Shown in pieces: positions 57,521 through 64,000 of a stretch of DNA of 64,000 bases. Each line of letters opens with the position of its first letter. The stretch's first letter is position 1. Position numbers and translations under genes: made by a program. Source of the DNA: the human T2T-CHM13v2.0 reference genome, Homo sapiens; NCBI RefSeq assembly GCF_009914755.1, contig NC_060947.1; one strand, written 5' to 3'. The notes under the pieces are model-generated. The model searched no databases and was not told where the DNA came from. It saw only the letters and a list, made by a program, of their open reading frames with translations.

Positions 57521-57802
57521 AGAGAGAGAGGCAGGAGGATCAGAGTCAGAGATGTGAGGACTGAAGGAGATGTGATGTGATTCGAAGACGAAGGAAAGAC
57601 CCTCAAGCCTAGGAATGCGGGTACCTTCTAGATGCTAAAAAGGTCAAGAGATAGATTATCCTCTAAAGACTCCAGAATGAACCAGTAGAGATGAGAAACT
57701 GATTTCAGCCTCCTGAGACCTATCTCTGATTTTTGACCTCCAGAACTGTAAGCTAATGCAAGTCTGGGTCACTGGTTACAGCAGCCACAGGGAACCAAAA
57801 CA
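57521..57802 (+). mobile_element. MLT1D-like LTR, 3' portion
   Basis: gaggcaggaggatcagagtcagag...gacctccagaactgtaag...ttacagcagccacagggaac. Confidence 0.78.
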
Positions 57803-58067
57803 CTCTGTCAATACCTCCTTTAAGCTATCTTAATTTGAGTGTCACCTCTTCTGAGATGGCACTCTGAGTGTCCATTAAGTATCTGACAAAAATAGATGAG
57901 ATAAAGAGTGATTCATTTTCTTCTACTTATAGAATAGAACAACCATATTGCATTGTCAGAAAATTGTAAAGAATCACCCCATCTAATATTTGCTTTCTCT
58001 CTCAAAAAATTCATAAATGTGTCAATGAACGCATTTCTGACGGCATGCATGAAATACCGATTGTTGC

Positions 58068-58350
58068 ATGTTGAAGGCTGACAAAGCAATGCTGAGATGG
58101 AGGCTGGTGTAGGGTGTGCTTGAGCGAAGTTAGAGGAAGTAGGTGGAGAAGATAAAAGGACTTGCAGAGCTGGTGCAACAAAACCTCAAACAACCCCAAG
58201 TGAACCCTGGAGGGTAGAAGACCTCCAGAGGGGCCTTGGAGGAGTGGGGCTTGGGTGGCCAAGTTTTCAGGCTCCCAACATACAAGGGGTATACCCTTTG
58301 AGGTTACTCCCCACAACTGAGACAACCAGGAAGTTGCTGACAGTGGTTGC
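58068..58350 (-). mobile_element. Possible LTR16-like ERVL LTR relic
   Basis: Weak resemblance (gctgagatggag...gcaacaaaacctca...ctggag). Confidence 0.4.
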
Positions 58351-58489
58351 TGGTTGATAGCAGTGTAACAAATTACTTCCCTAATCCACTTTCCTAAAAA
58401 GGGCACTCAGTGTTAACCACAGCCTCATAGAAGGGAAAACGCTCCTTCAGCAATAAACTATAATAATAACATATTAATGGTGATGATCA

Positions 58490-58670
58490 AAGCAGCAAAT
58501 ATTCAGATAGCTTTAAATATATGTTAGACAATTGTTCCAAGCTAATGAGGAGATTTGACCATGATCCCTAATTTTTACAAATGGGGAAACAGAGGCCAAT
58601 CAAATTAAACATCAAATCCAAGATTACAGAGCTGGTGAAAAACCCAGAGAGTCTGGATCCCAAGTCCAGG
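58490..58670 (-). mobile_element. MIR
   Basis: tttttacaaatggggaaacagaggcc...ccaagattacagagctgg. Confidence 0.7.
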
Positions 58671-58734
58671 TATGTGACAAATATGTTGTATTACTATCTC
58701 CAGGAATGAATTCACCCTTGATCCTCCCACAAAC

Positions 58735-59101
58735 TGTATTACCCCATATTCATGCTGCTGATAAAGACATACCGAAGACTGGGAAATTTACAAAGGAAAG
58801 AGGTTTAATAGAGAACTCACAGTTCCACGTGGCTGGGGAAGACTCACAATCATGGCGGAAGGCAAGGAGGAGCAAGTCACATTTCATGTGGATGGCAGCA
58901 GGCAAACAGAGAGCTTGTGCAGGAAAACTCCAATTTTTAAAGCCATCAGATGTCATCAGACTTATTCATTATCACGAGAACAGTACAGAAAAGACCCGCC
59001 CCCATGATTCAATTATCTCCTACTGGGTCCCTCCCACAATATATGGGAATTGTGGGAGCTACAAGATGAGATTTGGGTGGGGACACAGCCAAACCATATC
59101 A
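58735..59101 (-). mobile_element. THE1B-like solo LTR
   Basis: tgtatta...acacagccaaaccatatca; TSD caaac/aaaac. Confidence 0.92.
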
Positions 59102-59472
59102 AAAACCCAAACTGATATGTATTTATTGCATCCTAATGATTTTATCGCTTCCATATATTGTTCCAAACAAGCAGTGTTTTTCACTAACTCTAGAAAATTT
59201 ATTCTAAGATTCTGACCTGGTCCTGCCTTTTTGTCTTCTCTTTCTAAATGCTCTCCTGATATAATTACTCTTTTCTATGACTTCAAATGAGCAGACTAAA
59301 AAATGAGTCTCTAAACAGATCTAATCCTGAAATTTCCAGATGTATATTCCATGTTTCTTCAAGTGGCACAGGAACCTGGGAATGTAAATATTGGAAAACA
59401 GCATTTCCATGACCTCTCCAAAGTTGCTCCTCTTCTTGGATGTCCGCCTTAGTGGGCTGGTGAGTCACTCAC

Positions 59473-59860
59473 TGATATCGTTTGGCTCTGTCTCCCCACC
59501 CAAATTTCACCTTGAATTGTAAGAATCCCCACATTATTACAATAATCCCCACATTATTACAATTACAAGAGTGGGGCCAAGTAGAGATAATTGAATCATG
59601 GAGGTGGTTTCTCCCATACTGTTCTCATGGTAGTGAATAAGTCTCATGAGATCTGATGGTTTTATAAAGGGGAGTTTCCCTGCACACACTCTCTTGCCTG
59701 CTGCCATGCAAGATGTGCCTTTGCATCTCCTTTGCCTTCTGCCATGATTGTGAGGCCTCCCCAGCCATGTGGAACTGTGAGTCCATTTAAACCTCTTTGC
59801 TTTATAAATTACCCAGTCTCAGGTATGTCTTTATTAGCAGTGTGAGAACAGACTAATACA
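59473..59860 (+). mobile_element. THE1C/D-like solo LTR with ~20-bp internal duplication
   Basis: tgatatcgtttggc...gactaataca; perfect TSD CTCAC; aatccccacattattacaat x2. Confidence 0.92.
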
Positions 59861-60396
59861 CTCACCATGCATGCTTGCTCACCGCCACTACAGGTCATTG
59901 TTCACTTTTCCTTCTCGGTTCTCCAAATTCAGTTGCCCATCAAGAGTCACGGAGGCAACCTTTCACCCCCAACATGAGCACACGCACGCACACACACACA
60001 CACACACACACAACTATATTTCGAATCTCTTGGCTTCTGTCTCAGTTGCCTCAAAGCAGCCCCTGTTACTCTGCCCTGCAACCTTGGATAATCTTGCTGA
60101 TGTAGGTCCCCTTGTCTAGTTTAACCCCATCATGTTTTCCCCATGGCAGCAACACACACATTCTCGAAAGGCAACTGTGATCATGATATCCACATGATGC
60201 AAAGTCCCCCAGTGCTGTTCTCCCATCTGCCAAATAAAAAACAACTGTCTCTAGCCACATGCTCTGTGACTTTCCAGATTTATCCTCTCCTTCCCTCTTA
60301 ATCTTGCTCTCTAACTAACATCCTCTCTTGAACCTCCACTCCCATGTCACTAGCACAAGCATATGAGCTATTTTCTTATCTTAAAACTGGTCCCAG

Positions 60397-60692
<296 letters not shown>

Positions 60693-60707
60693 CTATTCTC
60701 TCTTGCC

Positions 60708-61333
60708 TTTAGAGAAGTGTTCCACAAACGTTCCTATGCCTAGGAATCTCCTGGGGAACTTGATAACATGCAGATTCTGACTCTGTCAGTCTGGGATGGA
60801 GTTGGAGCTTCTGCAATTCTAACAGTCTTGGAGGCTATGCTGATGCCACCTGTCCTGGGTTAAATTGTGATCAAATATTTTGAAAGCTATGTTGAAGTCC
60901 TAACCTCACATATCTGTGAGTATGGCCTTATTTGGAAAGAGGGTCTTTGCAGATATCATCAAGTAAGGATGAGGTCATAATGGATTAGGATGAGCCCTAC
61001 AGCCAATGACTACTGTCCTTTTAAGAAGGGGAGAGTTGGATACAGACACACACAGAGGGAAGACCATTGGAAGATGGAGATAGATGTGGCCACCAGCCCA
61101 GGGATGCCTGGAGCCACGAGGAGCTGGAAGAGGCAGGAAGGATTCTCCCCTAGAGGTTCCTGGGGAAGTGATTTCAGACTTCTGGCCTTGATTTCAAACT
61201 TCTGGTCTCCAGAACTGAGAGAGGATAAAGATCGATTGTTTTCAGCCACATAGTTGATGAACCTTTGTTACAGCAGCTCTTGAAAACTGATACACAATTG
61301 GTACCTTGGCCATATTTTGAGTAGCAAGGATCT
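60708..61333. mobile_element. MER5-like hAT element split by MLT1
   Basis: gaatctcctgggga...atgcagattctgactc...[LTR]...attttgagtagcaagg. Confidence 0.7.
60851..61294 (+). mobile_element. MLT1B/C-like solo LTR
   Basis: tgtcctgggttaaattgtg...gttacagcagctcttgaaaactgataca. Confidence 0.87.
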
Positions 61334-61529
61334 TAGTCTCTCACTTAAGAAGCTAGGATACCTTTCTTCACTGAATCCTCCACAGCTGTACCTTGGTTCT
61401 AAGTCTACACCTGGGTGTTGGTTCCAAGAAACTAACAGACTCTAGGAAATGTTCCCAACAGAGCAGCTCACGTTAACTGCTTCCATGACACTGGCAACAC
61501 AGTGTAGCCATTGTCTGATTCCTTCTGGG

Positions 61530-61658
61530 CATACCCTGTATGTGCTGAGCATCTTAAGGTCAGTGTTACAGCTTTTTCCATCTTTTGATACATTATTCTT
61601 CACATAGATAGTTGATAGTTATTAGGTGCCCACTAAACATTTATGAATAAATAAATGT
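61530..61658 (+). mobile_element. L2 3' end
   Basis: taggtgcccactaaacatttatgaataaataaatg terminus. Confidence 0.6.
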
Positions 61659-62415
61659 GTCCAGAAGTTCAATCATAAGCACATTTAACGTCTACTGCTA
61701 TCTTAGAAATGATGCAACTACTTTCTCATTTTGCAATGAAACAGTTCAAGGCTCAGGAACAGATGTATTAATATGCTTATAAAATTGTTGGAGGTCATGG
61801 TGTTTTTAACCTTAGAATGATGCGCTATTAATCCCATTCTAAACCTCTTCTTCATGCAATAATGTTAAAACAGTCCTTCCAGTATGATAGATACTGCTTT
61901 GTTATTTTTTAAATCCATAAGGCAGTTAGGAAAATATTTATAAATATATTGCACTGTGGGACCCTTATTACACACAAGAAGTAGGGGGTCATCAATTTTC
62001 CATGCCTGGACAGCTGAATGATCATCTGCAAAGGCAATCACCCTTGGAATATTGCTTCTAATAATCCTGCCCATCATTCAAATATTATTTTCTTAATTCA
62101 TCCATACACCATTTTAAATGCAAATAAAGATCACCTTCCCAATATCTATGAAAATTAAATCCCATTGTGTATGAAAATTTACAACCCTAGCTTATATTAG
62201 TTCATAGAACTATATCCCCACAATAGTTCAATCTCCCCGACAAAGTTAACTGAGAAGTCTAATTTGGTGTTTTAATTCAGCCTTGCAGTATTTACTGCTC
62301 TTATTCACTGTGTAATTGTTGAATTTTTGGTCCCATTTTGCTGTGCAAGCCTGTATTAAATTGAGAGCCTCCAAGTACCCAGCGTGGCTGCTTATATGTT
62401 CTCAGATTAGAACTC

Positions 62416-62926
62416 TGATAGGCAAATTAACAACCTCCCCCAACCCCCACCGCCAAGAGATGCTCAAGTCCTAGTCCTCAGGGCCTGTGAGTTAAGTTAC
62501 ATTGCATGGCCAAAAGGAGTTTGCAGATGGGATGAAACTATGGATCCTAAAATGGGAAATGATCCTTCATTATCCAGGTGAGCTCAAAGTCATCACACAT
62601 TTCCTTATAAGAGGGAGGCAGGAAGTCAGAGTCAAATATGGAGAATTGATGACAGAAAAAGAGCTCGGAGTTGTCTTGCAGCAATCCAAGAAATGCAGGT
62701 GGCTTCTAGGATCTTGACGAGGCAAGGGGTTTTTTGTTTTGTTTTGTTTTGTTTTGTGTTTTTTCCTAGAGCTTCCACAGGGAGTGCAGTCCTCCTGATA
62801 CCTTGATTTCAGCCAGGTGAGATCCATGTCAGATTTCTGACCTCCAGAACTGAAACATGATAAATTGACATTATTGGAAGCCACTGAGTTTGTGGCAGTT
62901 TTTACAGAAGCCCTAGCTGACTCACA
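62416..62926 (+). mobile_element. MLT1D-like solo LTR
   Basis: gttacattgcatggccaaaaggagtttgcagatg...gatttctgacctccagaactg...agccactgagtttgtggc. Confidence 0.85.
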
Positions 62927-64000
62927 CAGACTTAACTCTAGAATATCTTCGTTGAGATCAGTTTTGTCTATGGTGCATCCTTTAAGGATGACAAGAGATG
63001 ACTTCTGCATGCCTTGGTACCTATGAGTGTTATGACTCCTGAAATAATACAAAGAAAAGAACACACACACACACCAAAAAATGTAACTGTCTTTAAGCCA
63101 CGTAGTCATGTCTAGCCATATAGTCATGTCATGCATGACTAGCCATATAGTTATGTGACTCTATTTGGCTAGGACAATGTAGAACTGAATTACTAGGCAA
63201 GGAAAAAATAAATGGCAAAGTGTAAGAAAATGGAAGGGTCCTTGCAGGATTCACTGTGGGTTGGAAGCTTTGTACAAGGAGATACTCTCTCCTCTCCTGA
63301 AGAGAATGAATGGCCAGGCATCTTCAGGAAGGGGAGATGGAGACTGACTCGTTCTGGCCTCTTCAGTCATGCGTCTACAGCAAGCAGCATGAAGGTGGAT
63401 TCTCACGCATTTTAACCCAAGCAGCATAATCATAGCTTGCAGACCAGTCTCCCCATCTCATCCCCCACCTAATGCCTCTGTCCACCCCAAGGCAACACAG
63501 CCCTTGGGCCGCCTGCTTGGCTCTAATTACAACCTTGATGAAGATAAAGGATGTTTGGATCAGTGCTATTGGGCAAGTTATCATTATTCCATCACCAAGG
63601 TATCACTCTCTCGGGAACCAACGTTCAGTCTATCTTATGAATGATGTATCTCTATCCCATTTGCTGCGGGCGCTCCACAAATATTAACTATCCATGAACT
63701 TTCTCTGCTCTAATGTATGCTTTCCAATTGCAGAGTGATTGAGTGTCTTTGAGATGTATGTGCAGGGTACAAAAAGTGCAAAGGCTGATTTTCTGTGCAT
63801 GAAACAATTCAGGATGCTGGAGTATATCACTCAGAAATGACTTGGCTTCAAAATATAATTTGCTTTTAAAAATCACCAATAATAGTGTCTTATACTTAGA
63901 ACGTCATCTGTAGCCTCCTTCATACATGGCTGTCCTTTGAAGGAAAACACCACACTCAAGTTACGTAGCTTAACAACAAACCAGGGTCTTAAATTGTACG

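Noticed and set aside
58706-59215. 169-aa ORF
   Set aside because: It is the antisense frame of a THE1 LTR. A similar peptide appears at 1334-1594 from another THE1.
63100-63160. Imperfect tagtcatg/tagccata repeats with a short palindrome
   Set aside because: A short slippage-type repeat with no further structure.

Overview
AT-rich primate (human-like) intergenic or deep-intronic DNA. It is dominated by transposable elements: about 15 Alus, L1PA/L1PB/L1MA/L1MB pieces, many MaLR and ERV1/ERVL solo LTRs, and MIR/L2/hAT relics, plus numerous microsatellites. I see no credible host protein-coding exon, RNA gene or CRISPR array. The ORF track is explained by L1 ORF2 fragments, an ERVL integrase/dUTPase relic, Alu/LTR antisense frames and simple repeats. 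I found no new gene system. The best observations concern genome-rearrangement mechanisms. (1) An L1PA3-like insertion (45608-49550) combines a twin-priming 5' inversion with a ~345-bp 3' transduction and a second poly(A), all inside a 17-bp TSD. (2) A 127-bp locally templated copy sits inside a (TA)n tract bracketed by an 18-bp perfect inverted repeat. (3) Three short interspersed local duplications lie within 10 kb. (4) Two much older L1MA copies also carry 5' inversions. (5) A composite tandem MLT1 LTR lies within a single TSD. Repeat subfamily names come from my recall of consensus sequences, not a database search. Coordinates of old elements are approximate.
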